Below are positions 31,538 through 40,497 of a DNA stretch of 61,553 nucleotides, in pieces. The notes under the pieces are model-generated. The model saw nothing but the letters and a program-made list of their open reading frames with translations, did not search any database and was not told the origin of the DNA. This DNA is from Gemmatimonadaceae bacterium (GTDB taxonomy: Bacteria > Gemmatimonadota > Gemmatimonadetes > Gemmatimonadales > Gemmatimonadaceae): assembly GCA_040902005.1 (NCBI GenBank), contig JBBDYA010000093.1:37690-99242 (forward strand). Reading direction: 5' to 3'. The position numbers were made by a program, and so were the translations under genes. Position 1 is the first letter of the stretch; each line of letters starts with the position of its first letter.

Positions 31538-31711
31538 TGGGGAACGGGGAACGGGGAAAATGGGAATGGGGAAACACAAACGGCGGGAACGGGGAGCGGG
31601 AGAGGGAGCGGGGATTGGGATGGGGAGTGAGATTTCCCCCTCCCTGTCCCACTCCCACTTCCCGCCGTTGCAGTTTCTCCCTTCCCGATTCCCCGTTCCC
31701 CGTTCCCTGCC
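31538..31711. repeat. G-rich/C-rich nested inverted short-repeat element
   Basis: (GGGGAAC)n...AACGGCGGGAA-GGGAG arm, then the CTCCC arm-TTCCCGCCGTT...(TTCCCCG)n; same layout as 16552-16708. Confidence 0.85.
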
Positions 31712-32257
31712 GTGAAGATCTACACGAGGACGGGCGACCAGGGCGACACCGGCCTCTTTGGCGGCGGGCGCGTTCCCAAGACGCATCCCCGGGTCGAGGC
31801 CTATGGCGACGTGGACGAACTGAACGCCGCAATCGGACTCGCCCGATCCATCGAGCTGATGCCGCGGATCGACGAAGTGCTCGTGCCGCTCCAGCGCGAC
31901 CTGTTCGCGATCGGCGCGCTGCTCGCCACGCCGGACCGCGACAAGATGAAGGGGCAGCTCGAGAAGGCCAGCGTCGACGAGCGCCGCATCACGGAGCTGG
32001 AGCACGCGATCGATGAAGGTGACCGCGAGCTGGAACCGCTCCGGTCCTTCATCATCCCGGGAGGCACGCCCAAGGCCGCCGCGCTGCACGTCGCGCGCAC
32101 GGTGTGCCGCCGCGCCGAGCGGCGGGTCATCGCCTTGATGCCCCACGAGGAGATCCCGCGGATCGTCGTCGTGTACCTCAACCGGTTATCGGATCTGCTG
32201 TTCACGCTGGCGCGAGTGGCGAACCATCGCGCCGGCGCCGGCGAAGTGACGTGGTAG
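31712..32257 (+). CDS. pduO: ATP:cob(I)alamin adenosyltransferase, PduO type
   Basis: KIYTRTGDQGDT; AYGDVDELN; FIIPGG; ARTVCRRAERR; YLNRLSD. Confidence 0.95.
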   Translation: MKIYTRTGDQGDTGLFGGGRVPKTHPRVEAYGDVDELNAAIGLARSIELMPRIDEVLVPLQRDLFAIGALLATPDRDKMKGQLEKASVDERRITELEHAIDEGDRELEPLRSFIIPGGTPKAAALHVARTVCRRAERRVIALMPHEEIPRIVVVYLNRLSDLLFTLARVANHRAGAGEVTW

Positions 32258-33347
32258 CCGTCACCGGCCTTCCCTACCCAGTAACGATCGCGCCGGCGGC
32301 TCTGGACCAGCTGGCGAACGTGGTGCGGACGGTGACGCCGGGGAACCGATGCGTCGTCATCAGCGACACGACCGTCGCCGGCCACTACGGCAGCCGCGTC
32401 TCGACACTCCTGGGAGGGGGGGGGGGCGATGCGGGCACTGCGCTGTCCTTCCCCTTCAGCGAGCAGGACAAGACGCGGGAGCTCTGGAGCCGTATCACCG
32501 ATGCCCTGCTGGATGATCGCTACGGCCGCGACACGACGCTCGTCGCGCTCGGCGGCGGAGTCGTCGGCGACGTCGTGGGGTTCGTTGCCGCGACGTACAT
32601 GCGCGGCATCCCGGTGATCCAAGTGCCCACTTCCCTGCTCGCGATGGTGGACGCGTGCATCGGCGGAAAGACGGGGGTGGATACCCGCCATGGAAAAAAC
32701 CTGGTCGGCGCGTTTCATCAGCCCTCGGCCGTGATCATCGACCCGCTGCTGCTGGAGACGCTGCCCGCGAATCACCTGCGCGCCGGCTTCGCCGAGATCA
32801 TCAAGCACGGCGTGATTGCCGACGACGGCTACTTTGACCGAATCCGCGCCGTCGTGGAGTCGTGGCCGCCGCCCGGGGGGGGGGGAACGCCGGCTGGGAT
32901 CAGTTGACGCCGATGATCGCCCGCAGCGTCGAGATCAAGGCGTCTGTCGTCTCCCGTGATGAACGTGAGGACGGTTTCAGGAAGGTGCTGAACTTCGGCC
33001 ACACCATCGGCCACGCGATCGAGACCGCCACCGGTTACGCGATGCTGCATGGAGAGGCGATCGCCATCGGGATGGTGGCAGAGGCGCGCATCGCCGAGTC
33101 GCTCGGGATCGCCGCCGGCGGCACGGCGGCGTCCATCGCGCGCCTGTGTGCCGCGGCCAGCCTGCCGACGACATTGCCTGCCGTTCCGCTCGACCGGCTG
33201 CTCGCGTTCACGCGCAGTGACAAGAAGGCGCGCGACGGACGCGTCGAGTACGCGCTTCCGGAACGGATCGGCATGATGGCGGGCGCGGATCGTGGATGGT
33301 CGGTGCCCGTGGACGACGCCGCCGTGATCGCTGCGCTCGCGTCATGA
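32251..33347 (+). pseudogene. aroB: 3-dehydroquinate synthase, frameshifted at a G11 run (32875-32885)
   Basis: First frame: ALGGGVVGDVVGFVAATYMRG, PTSLLAMVD, KNLVGAFHQP, AEIIKHG. Second frame: DERE, LNFGHTIGHAIE, HGEAIAIGM, DKK. One extra G joins the frames. Confidence 0.9.
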
Positions 33348-33835
33348 CCCGCGGGGTGCTGCACGCATTCGCGCTCTCGTGCACGCTGGGCGCGTGTGCG
33401 CGTGACACACCACCGATCGAGTTGCCCACGGTCGTGGTGCGAAGTCCGCTGCGACTCCCCGGCGCGATGGTCCTGGGCGCACGTCAGGGATGGCACGTCG
33501 CGCCGGATGCCGCGCCTCCCTACGGCAATCCCGTTCCGGTGGAGTTGACCGCGTTCTGCCTCACGCGCGCCACCACCCCGCGTGGACGAGGCGTACAGGC
33601 GGGCGTCGTGGCCGCCGACCGCAGGCTTTTTCCGCGGGGGCGCTACGTGGAGCTGTTCCTCGGCAGGCGGCACCTGGGCCGATTCCTGATCGACGACACC
33701 GGCCGACCCACAACGGGCAACCGGATCGACATGTGGATGCCAACCTGTCGCGACGCGCGCGTCTTCGGACGACGACGGGGGACCGCGGTGCTCGTACCCG
33801 TCGATTCCACGGCGGCCGCGGGCGCGCGTCGCTAG
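33344..33835 (+). CDS. 3D (Asp-Asp-Asp) domain lipoprotein
   Basis: Lipobox TLGAC; LTAFC; VAADRRLFPRG; DDTG; GNRIDMWM; FGRR. Confidence 0.8.
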   Translation: MTRGVLHAFALSCTLGACARDTPPIELPTVVVRSPLRLPGAMVLGARQGWHVAPDAAPPYGNPVPVELTAFCLTRATTPRGRGVQAGVVAADRRLFPRGRYVELFLGRRHLGRFLIDDTGRPTTGNRIDMWMPTCRDARVFGRRRGTAVLVPVDSTAAAGARR

Positions 33836-33876
33836 CCGAAAGTGCGTGGCCCCATCCTTGCCGCTGCGTTCGGCTC

Positions 33877-34059
33877 ATGTCCAGCTTCTCCACGTACATC
33901 GTCGGCTTCGTCATCCTGGTCGTCGGGCTCGCAATGGCAGCCTATCTCCTGGACGTACCCACCCTCTGGATCGTGGTGGGTGTCGTCGTTGCACTCGGCA
34001 TCGGGGTCATAACGGCCACCAGCCGGACGAAGATGAAAGACCCTCCGGGGCCCGGCTGA
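33877..34059 (+). CDS. Small two-TM membrane protein
   Basis: MSSFSTYIVGFVILVVGLAMAAYLL...WIVVGVVVALGIGVI; 60 aa. Confidence 0.7.
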   Translation: MSSFSTYIVGFVILVVGLAMAAYLLDVPTLWIVVGVVVALGIGVITATSRTKMKDPPGPG

Positions 34060-34098
34060 AGTAACCTGCAACACCCTGTCACATCAGCAGATAGCGCC

Positions 34099-34125
34099 TT
34101 GACCCCCTGACCAGGGGGTCAGAAT
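34099..34125 (+). promoter_or_regulatory. Perfect palindrome overlapping a TTGACC hexamer, upstream of the sigma factor (candidate operator)
   Basis: TGACCCCCTG-AC-CAGGGGGTCA at 34100-34121. Confidence 0.5.
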
Positions 34126-34282
34126 GGCGTGATTCGGCGTTGACGGTCTCCGCGCCCGACATTATCCTGCCCTCCCCCCGGTCGATGCTGGCTGGTGAGT
34201 GAGTAGCTCCCTCCAGAATTTCCGCTGATTGCGAGCCGTCGGCTCGCACCCCAATAGACCCCTGTGGTCAGGCGAGGGCAGT

Positions 34283-35176
34283 ATGGAGCAAGTGACCGGC
34301 ACACGGTCCGCGAGAGGTTACTTCCGGTCGTCACCGTCTTCGGCGTTCGACCAGTATCTCCAGGACATTCAGAAGCTGCCGCTCATCGACGATCCCGCGG
34401 AGGAGCGTCGACTCGCGCGCCGGGCGCAGAAGGGGGACGAGGCAGCGGCGGAACGACTGGTGACGTCGAACCTGCGATTCGTCATCTCGTACGTGAAGAA
34501 GTACCAGGGGCACGGGCTCGATCTCGCCGAGCTGGTGGCCATCGGGAACGAGGGGCTGCTCAAGGCGGTCCGGAAATTCGATCCCGATCAGGGCGTGAAG
34601 TTCATCTCCTACGCGGTATGGTGGGTACGACAGGCAGTGCTCAAGGCGCTCGCCGAGCAGACGCGCTCGGTGCGCATCCCGCTGAACCAGAACTCACAGT
34701 TGATCCGGCTCGCTCGCGCCGAGACGATTCTCGCCCAGGTGCTGAAGCGCGATCCCACCGAGAATGAAGTCAGTCGCTTGCTCGAGGAGCCCGCGGAGCA
34801 GGTACGGGCGTCCAAGCAAATGTCCGCGACCGAAGTGTCGCTGGACGCGCCGATCGATCGCTCCGACCGTGAAGCGTCCACGCTGGGCGAGCGGTTCGCC
34901 GGGGTGGACGGTCTGGAGATCGAAGAGAGGACGGACTACAAGCTGATGCGCGAGTTCATCGAGCGTGTATTCCGCAGGTATCTCACGCCGCGCGAGCGGA
35001 AGATCCTGTACCTGTACTACGGCCTCGAGGAAGGCTCCGAGGCGATGACGCTCGAGCGCATCGGCGAGCTGATGGGCGTCACGCGCGAGCGCATCCGCCA
35101 GATACGGGAGCGCGCGTTCGAGAAGCTGCGCGAGAGCCCGGACGGCCGGGCGCTGTGCGGGTTCTGGGCGAACTGA
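34283..35176 (+). CDS. RNA polymerase sigma70 factor, RpoD/SigA-family paralog lacking region 1.1
   Basis: DQYLQDI; NLRFVIS; GNEGLLKAVRKFDP; KFISYAVWWVRQ; RSVRIP; TLERIG..GVTRERIRQI. Confidence 0.95.
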   Translation: MEQVTGTRSARGYFRSSPSSAFDQYLQDIQKLPLIDDPAEERRLARRAQKGDEAAAERLVTSNLRFVISYVKKYQGHGLDLAELVAIGNEGLLKAVRKFDPDQGVKFISYAVWWVRQAVLKALAEQTRSVRIPLNQNSQLIRLARAETILAQVLKRDPTENEVSRLLEEPAEQVRASKQMSATEVSLDAPIDRSDREASTLGERFAGVDGLEIEERTDYKLMREFIERVFRRYLTPRERKILYLYYGLEEGSEAMTLERIGELMGVTRERIRQIRERAFEKLRESPDGRALCGFWAN

Positions 35177-35330
35177 CTGTTCTCGGCCGGGGCCCCGGGT
35201 CGGTTCTCGGCGCGCCTTCGGCGCGGTCAGCCTGCAACTGCACACCGACGGCGATGGGTGTGCCCGCTTACCCGCGCCGCGGCCGAGAACGGGTGCCTCA
35301 CCAAGCACGTTCCCTGCTCTACGGGCCGGC

Positions 35331-36197
35331 GTGATCCCCGTATTCCTGAATCCGGGCGCCGGCCGCGCCGACGAGCTGCGCAAGGTGATCCGCGGTGTGG
35401 ACTCGCTTGCGCTTCACACGGCGGCTCCCGCGGAAATGACTCAGGCCGCGCGCGCCGCGATCGCCGGCGGGGCGAGCCGGATCGTTGCGGCCGGTGGAGA
35501 CGGGACCATCTCCGCGATCGCGGCGGCCGTCGCGGGCACCGAGTGCGAGCTGGCGGTCATTCCGGCGGGGACGCTCAACCACTTCGCCAAGGACCATGAG
35601 ATTCCGCTCGACCTGGTGGAGGCATGCGCGCTCGCCGCGTCGGGCCAGCGCGTGATGCCCGTGGACGTCGCGTACGTCAACGGCCGCATGTTCCTGAACA
35701 CCAGCTCCGTGGGCCTGTACGCGAACTTCGTGAAGGTGCGCGACCGGCTGGAACCAGTGTTCGGATACTGGCTCGGCACGATGCTCTCGACGATCCGGAC
35801 GCTGGTACGCGCGCGGCCTTTCAGCGTGCGGTTCGAGGCCGACGGCATCGAGCACACGTACACGACCCCGCTGGTGTTCATCGCGGTCGGCGAGCGGGAG
35901 CTGCGGGCGCCGACGCTCGGTGGACGCGTGGCGCACGGTCGGCCGGGGCTGCACGTGATGGTTGTTCGGGGTCGAACGCGGGCGCGGCTCGTGGCGCTCT
36001 CGCTGGCAGCAACCACGCGCGGGACCGATGCGATCGCGGCGACGCCGCACCTGGACAGCCTGTTCGTGCAGGCGTGCCGGATCGAACAGCGGCACGAGAC
36101 GGTCGCGGTGGACGGTGAGATCCTGAAGATCGCGTCGCCGCTCGAGTACCGCTGGCTCGGCAATGCGCTTCGACTGGTCGTTCCCGACTCCGGGTGA
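35331..36197 (+). CDS. Diacylglycerol/lipid kinase family (YegS/DgkB-like)
   Basis: NPGAG; GGDGT; PAGTLNHFA; VDGE. Confidence 0.92.
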   Translation: MIPVFLNPGAGRADELRKVIRGVDSLALHTAAPAEMTQAARAAIAGGASRIVAAGGDGTISAIAAAVAGTECELAVIPAGTLNHFAKDHEIPLDLVEACALAASGQRVMPVDVAYVNGRMFLNTSSVGLYANFVKVRDRLEPVFGYWLGTMLSTIRTLVRARPFSVRFEADGIEHTYTTPLVFIAVGERELRAPTLGGRVAHGRPGLHVMVVRGRTRARLVALSLAATTRGTDAIAATPHLDSLFVQACRIEQRHETVAVDGEILKIASPLEYRWLGNALRLVVPDSG

Positions 36198-36212
36198 CCC
36201 GACGCGCGGCGG

Positions 36213-37202
36213 CTACGGTGGCGTCGGTTGTTGCTGCCTGTCCTGGAAGAAGCGGGTACCATCGTGCGACAGTCGTCGATCCAGGAAGCGATGGATCGCG
36301 CGAGTGGCCACGGGGAGCTTCCAGCAATTGCTGTGACAGTTTCCTTCGTCGCCCTCGATCCGGACGTACTCGACGTCCGCGCCCTTCGCGCGCAGCACTT
36401 CCGTGATCCGATCACCCTGCGCGACGTACACGTTGTCGTCGCCGGCTCCGTGGACGGTGAGGAGCGCAACGTCGGGGCGCGCGAAGGTCACCGTGGAGAT
36501 GTCCCGCAGCTCGGCGTCCGACCAGGGCGCGGGATGACCCATCACCTTCGTCAGAATCTCATCGTAGTCAGCCATCACCTGGTGCGGCGGCATGGTCATG
36601 TCGTGCTCGCCGTCGAGGTTCACCGCCGTGGTCACGCGACCGGCCGGGCCAACGGGGTCGTCGCGAAGCGCCACCATCGTCGCCAAGTGACCGCCCGCCG
36701 ACATGCCGAGCGACGCGATGCGATCGGGATCGATCCTGAATTGTTCGGCATTGGCGCGGATGTATCGCAGCGCCTTCTGCACGTCGACTATCTGCGCGGG
36801 CCACGTCCCCCCCCCATTGGGTTCACTGGACAACCGGTAGTCGATTGAGAAGACGACGTAGCCGTAGGGACAGAATTCCCGGGCGACCTGGTTCCCCCAG
36901 TCTTTCGTGCCCTCCTTCCATGCGCCTCCATGAATCGCCGGGATGGCGGGCCTGTTCTCGCGAGTAGCGTCAGCCCGTGGTTCATAGATGTCGAACATCC
37001 CGGACGAACCGATGGCGGTGTCGTAGCTCAGGTTCTTCGTGACGTCGTACGCGTCCGAGCCGCACCCACCGACGCCCAGGAGAATCACGAGCGCGAGTGT
37101 CCACGCCACGATCGCGCGACGCCTTTTATGCAATCGGCTCACGACTCCATGGTGGTGAGTCCTGCGCAGCAGCGTGTACGCCGTCGCGGCATCGGTGATC
37201 AT
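36213..37202 (-). CDS. Alpha/beta hydrolase (esterase/lipase-like), possibly a lipoprotein; start uncertain
   Basis: IHGGAW; IDYRL; GMSAGG nucleophile elbow; VHGAGDD; hydrophobic segment ending GVGGC. Confidence 0.85.
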   Translation of the reverse strand: MITDAATAYTLLRRTHHHGVVSRLHKRRRAIVAWTLALVILLGVGGCGSDAYDVTKNLSYDTAIGSSGMFDIYEPRADATRENRPAIPAIHGGAWKEGTKDWGNQVAREFCPYGYVVFSIDYRLSSEPNGGGTWPAQIVDVQKALRYIRANAEQFRIDPDRIASLGMSAGGHLATMVALRDDPVGPAGRVTTAVNLDGEHDMTMPPHQVMADYDEILTKVMGHPAPWSDAELRDISTVTFARPDVALLTVHGAGDDNVYVAQGDRITEVLRAKGADVEYVRIEGDEGNCHSNCWKLPVATRAIHRFLDRRLSHDGTRFFQDRQQQPTPP

Positions 37203-37360
37203 ATCGTGAGAGCAATCCGGGGAACAACTACGTGCCGTGGGACATCACTCCTCAGGGGTCATTCATGATGGCTCGGCGCGTCGATGCCGGCCATCAGGAG
37301 CCGCCTCTGATCGTGGTGGACAACTGGTTTCAGGAACTTCGGCGGAAGATGGGCTCTCAT
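37199..37360 (+). pseudogene. Orphan C-terminal fragment of a kinase-TolB/PD40-type protein
   Basis: YVPWDITPQGSFMMARR...LIVVDNWFQELRRK resembles the tail YDVSPDGRTLVMVRR...IVVIQNL of the neighbouring kinase; an in-frame stop lies immediately upstream. Confidence 0.55.
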
Positions 37361-37520
37361 TCGCCGCAGCGCGGCCCGGATCCCGTGAAGAGGAGGATCG
37401 AGAGCAGGGCACGCACCTGGCTCTCGTCTACGTCGCGCGGATCGAGAAGCGCCGGTGACCGTCGTGCGACAGGCTTCGTCGCCTCTGGCGGTCCGGCCGC
37501 AATGCACCCACACTACCTTA

Positions 37521-40145
37521 ATGGCAGAATGGCCTGCAGCGTCGCTGGGTGATCGCTACCGGCTGGAACGCGAGATCGGCGCCGGCGGCATGGCCACGGT
37601 CTACCTGGCCCACGATCCTCGCCATGACCGGCAAGTCGCGATCAAGGTACTCCGGCCGGAACTGTCCGCTGTTCTCGGTGGCGACCGCTTCCTGAATGAG
37701 ATCAGGATCGCGGCTCAGCTGCAGCATCCACACATCCTCGCGCTATACGACTCCGGCTCGGCGGAAGGTCTGCTCTACTACGTCATGCCGTGGGTTGCTG
37801 GTGAGTCGCTCCGGCGCCGGCTGGAACGAGAACGGCAGTTGCCCGTCGCGGACGCCATCCGGATCGCACGCGAGGTGGCTGATGCCCTCGAGTACGCCCA
37901 TCGCCAGGGCGTGGTTCACCGCGACATCAAGCCGGACAACATCCTGCTCCACGATGGTCGCGCCCTGGTGGCGGATTTCGGCATCGCTCTGGCGGTGCGC
38001 AACGCGGGCGGTACGCGTCTGACCGGGACTGGCTTCTCGATGGGGACCCCGCGGTACATGAGCCCGGAGCAGGTGGCCGCGGAGCGCGATGTGGACGGGC
38101 GCTCCGACGTGTACTCGTTGGGGTGCGTGCTGTACGAGATGTTGGCCGGTGAGCCTCCGCACACCGGTCCCACGGCCCAGGCCATCCTGGCGAGGACCAT
38201 CGCGGACCCCCCTCGTCCGATCACGGAATTGCGGGACACTGTGCCGGCGCACGTGGCGGCCGCGCTCCACACCTCGCTCGCCAAGCTGCCGGCGGATCGG
38301 TTTGGTTCGGCAGCGGAGTTTGCCGAAGCGCTGGCGAGTCCCGTGGGTGCCGAGCTCGCGCTGGCGACTCCGCGGAAGCCGAGGCAACGCGCGATGGCGG
38401 CGGCGGGCGTCGGGGCCCTGGCAATGCTCATCCTGGTCGGTGGCTGGCTCCTGGGCACGCGATCGCTGCGGGCCCCGTCGCAGTCGATGCCACCCTCCCG
38501 GCTGTCCATCCCAGCGGTCGGACTGTCGCAAGCCGGCAGCGACCTGCGCTATCGGTCACTCGGATTGCTGGCCGACGGCGATGGCGTCGTCTACGCAACC
38601 GGGTCGAGCGGCGACCGTCGCCTCCTGGTGTCGCACCGGTTCGTGGACAACGAAGCGAAACCGATTCCGGGCACCGTCGACATGTATGCCCCCGATGTGT
38701 CACCCGACGGGCGCTGGTTCTTTGCCCGGAAATGGCGAGGCAGCGGCGTGCGGCTGCCCGTCGAAGGCACGGCGGTCGGCATCAGCCTGGCGGAGACCGC
38801 TTCGATCGACACGAGCGCGGCGAGTACCATGACGTTCGGCGCGTGGCATCCCGACGGCAGCGTGTGGCTCACCCGGCAGCCATTCCAGACGATCGAACGC
38901 GTCACGCCGGCCGGCGACGATACGGTAGTCATGTTCTCAGGCTTGGAGGGTGTCCGCCTGCAGCAGATTCTCGCTGATGGTCGCACCGCCCTCGCCATCG
39001 AGGTGCCGTCGGGCGGCACGTCCGGACGCTGTGTCGCGGTCGATCTTCGGACTGGCCGCATCAGTCTCCTCGTCGACGAACCCATCGTGCAGGCCCGTCA
39101 CACGGCGGGATTCCTGGTGTACGCACGGCCGGATGGTGCCTTCCTCGCCGCACCTTTCGATGCGAGAAGTCGGCGGGTCACCGGCGATGCGGTGACGATC
39201 GCGGAGGGAGTCGTCCTCGCATACGCTGGCGAGGCGCAATTCGCGGTTGCACGCAACGGCACGGTGGCCTACATCCCCACGGAGCCTTCGACGCTCGTCC
39301 TGGTCGACCGCGCCGGGAACGCGAAGCTCGCGACCGCGGAGCGGCGCAACTTCCACAACCCCAGGTTTTCGCCGGACGGCCGCCGCATCGCGGTGGACTT
39401 CAACACCAACGACGGCCGTGACGTCTGGGTGCTGGACCGCGAGCAGAGCACGCTTACGCGCGTCTCGTTTGACCGCGCCGGGGCCGATGCCGACTGGACT
39501 CCGGACAGCCGGTCCCTCACGTACCGCACGGACAGGTATGGCCGGGCCACCCTGATCAAAATCGGCCTCGGAAGCGCGAGCGCACCGGACTCACTGTACC
39601 GCTGGGGCAACCCGACCAGCTGGCTGCCCGACGGTAGCGCGTTCGTCGCGTTCAGCAACGACAGCATCGGACTTGTGCGGAACGGAGGCCGCGGTCCCTT
39701 CGAGGGCGTGCTGCCGCGGCGCTTTGGAGAGCTGTCGCTGGAGCTCTCTCCGGACGGCCGGTGGTTGGCCTTCGTTTCCAGGCAGAATGGGGAACGGGAA
39801 GTTTTTGTCCGCCGATTGGATGGTCAGGGCGAGGTGGTGCAGGTGTCCCAGTCAGGCGGGGCCGAGCCAGTCTGGGGACGCAGCGGACGTGAGCTGTTCT
39901 ATCGAACCTTGGCGGCCGGCTCGGAGGAACTGGTCCTCGCGAAGTTGGAGATCGAGCCGCGGTTCCGCGTCCAGTCCCGCACGCCCCTCTTTTCAGTCGC
40001 CGATTTCCTGGGAGCAGCGCCCCACGCGAATTACGATGTTTCGCCCGACGGACGCACGCTTGTCATGGTGCGACGGAGCCCGAGCACGCGCATCGTCGTG
40101 ATCCAGAATCTGCCCGCGCTCGTGCGCGGTGAGTTACGTGACTGA
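37521..40145 (+). CDS. Ser/Thr kinase with TM helix and TolB/PD40 beta-propeller domain
   Basis: YRLEREIGAGGMATVY; HRDIKPDN; DFG; GTPRYMSPEQ; TM; repeated SPDG motifs. Confidence 0.95.
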   Translation: MAEWPAASLGDRYRLEREIGAGGMATVYLAHDPRHDRQVAIKVLRPELSAVLGGDRFLNEIRIAAQLQHPHILALYDSGSAEGLLYYVMPWVAGESLRRRLERERQLPVADAIRIAREVADALEYAHRQGVVHRDIKPDNILLHDGRALVADFGIALAVRNAGGTRLTGTGFSMGTPRYMSPEQVAAERDVDGRSDVYSLGCVLYEMLAGEPPHTGPTAQAILARTIADPPRPITELRDTVPAHVAAALHTSLAKLPADRFGSAAEFAEALASPVGAELALATPRKPRQRAMAAAGVGALAMLILVGGWLLGTRSLRAPSQSMPPSRLSIPAVGLSQAGSDLRYRSLGLLADGDGVVYATGSSGDRRLLVSHRFVDNEAKPIPGTVDMYAPDVSPDGRWFFARKWRGSGVRLPVEGTAVGISLAETASIDTSAASTMTFGAWHPDGSVWLTRQPFQTIERVTPAGDDTVVMFSGLEGVRLQQILADGRTALAIEVPSGGTSGRCVAVDLRTGRISLLVDEPIVQARHTAGFLVYARPDGAFLAAPFDARSRRVTGDAVTIAEGVVLAYAGEAQFAVARNGTVAYIPTEPSTLVLVDRAGNAKLATAERRNFHNPRFSPDGRRIAVDFNTNDGRDVWVLDREQSTLTRVSFDRAGADADWTPDSRSLTYRTDRYGRATLIKIGLGSASAPDSLYRWGNPTSWLPDGSAFVAFSNDSIGLVRNGGRGPFEGVLPRRFGELSLELSPDGRWLAFVSRQNGEREVFVRRLDGQGEVVQVSQSGGAEPVWGRSGRELFYRTLAAGSEELVLAKLEIEPRFRVQSRTPLFSVADFLGAAPHANYDVSPDGRTLVMVRRSPSTRIVVIQNLPALVRGELRD

Positions 40146-40147
40146 AC

Positions 40148-40372
40148 ATGACCACAACCCGACGTGAGTTTCTCGCCAGCTCCACCCTCGCGGCGCTCGC
40201 CTGGTCGGCGGACATCGGCGACGAGCGCCTCGTCGCGCGACACTGCGGGCGCGTGCGGTGGACGGGGAGATCCTGAAGCTCCCTTCACCGCTCGAGTACG
40301 GGTTCCGCGCCGGCGGTTCGGCTGGTCGTTCCGCAATCCCCGTGACCCCACGCGGGGCGGGCTACGGTGGCG
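40148..40372 (+). pseudogene. Chimeric remnant: two pieces of the MBL gene plus the 3' end of the lipid kinase gene
   Basis: 40148-40201 matches 41344-41397; 40201-40250 matches 41796-41845; 40255-40372 is a diverged copy of 36105-36223. Confidence 0.9.
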
Positions 40373-40424
40373 CCCCGCCTACCACCCCGCCCGCGCGCCA
40401 AGGCCACTGTAGGGGCAATCGCCA

Positions 40425-40452
40425 TTGACATTTTTGCGGGGCTCTCTATGGT
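40425..40452 (+). promoter_or_regulatory. Sigma70 promoter of the porin-like gene
   Basis: TTGACA-N16-TATGGT. Confidence 0.55.
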
Positions 40453-40497
40453 ATGAACGGCAGAGCCTGCCTTGCAAACCCACCTCCCGGAGGTTTC

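Noticed and set aside
35179..35290. Glycine riboswitch, SRP RNA or 6S RNA
   Set aside because: Only a CCGAAG-like fragment on the minus strand; the other conserved motifs and expected length are missing.
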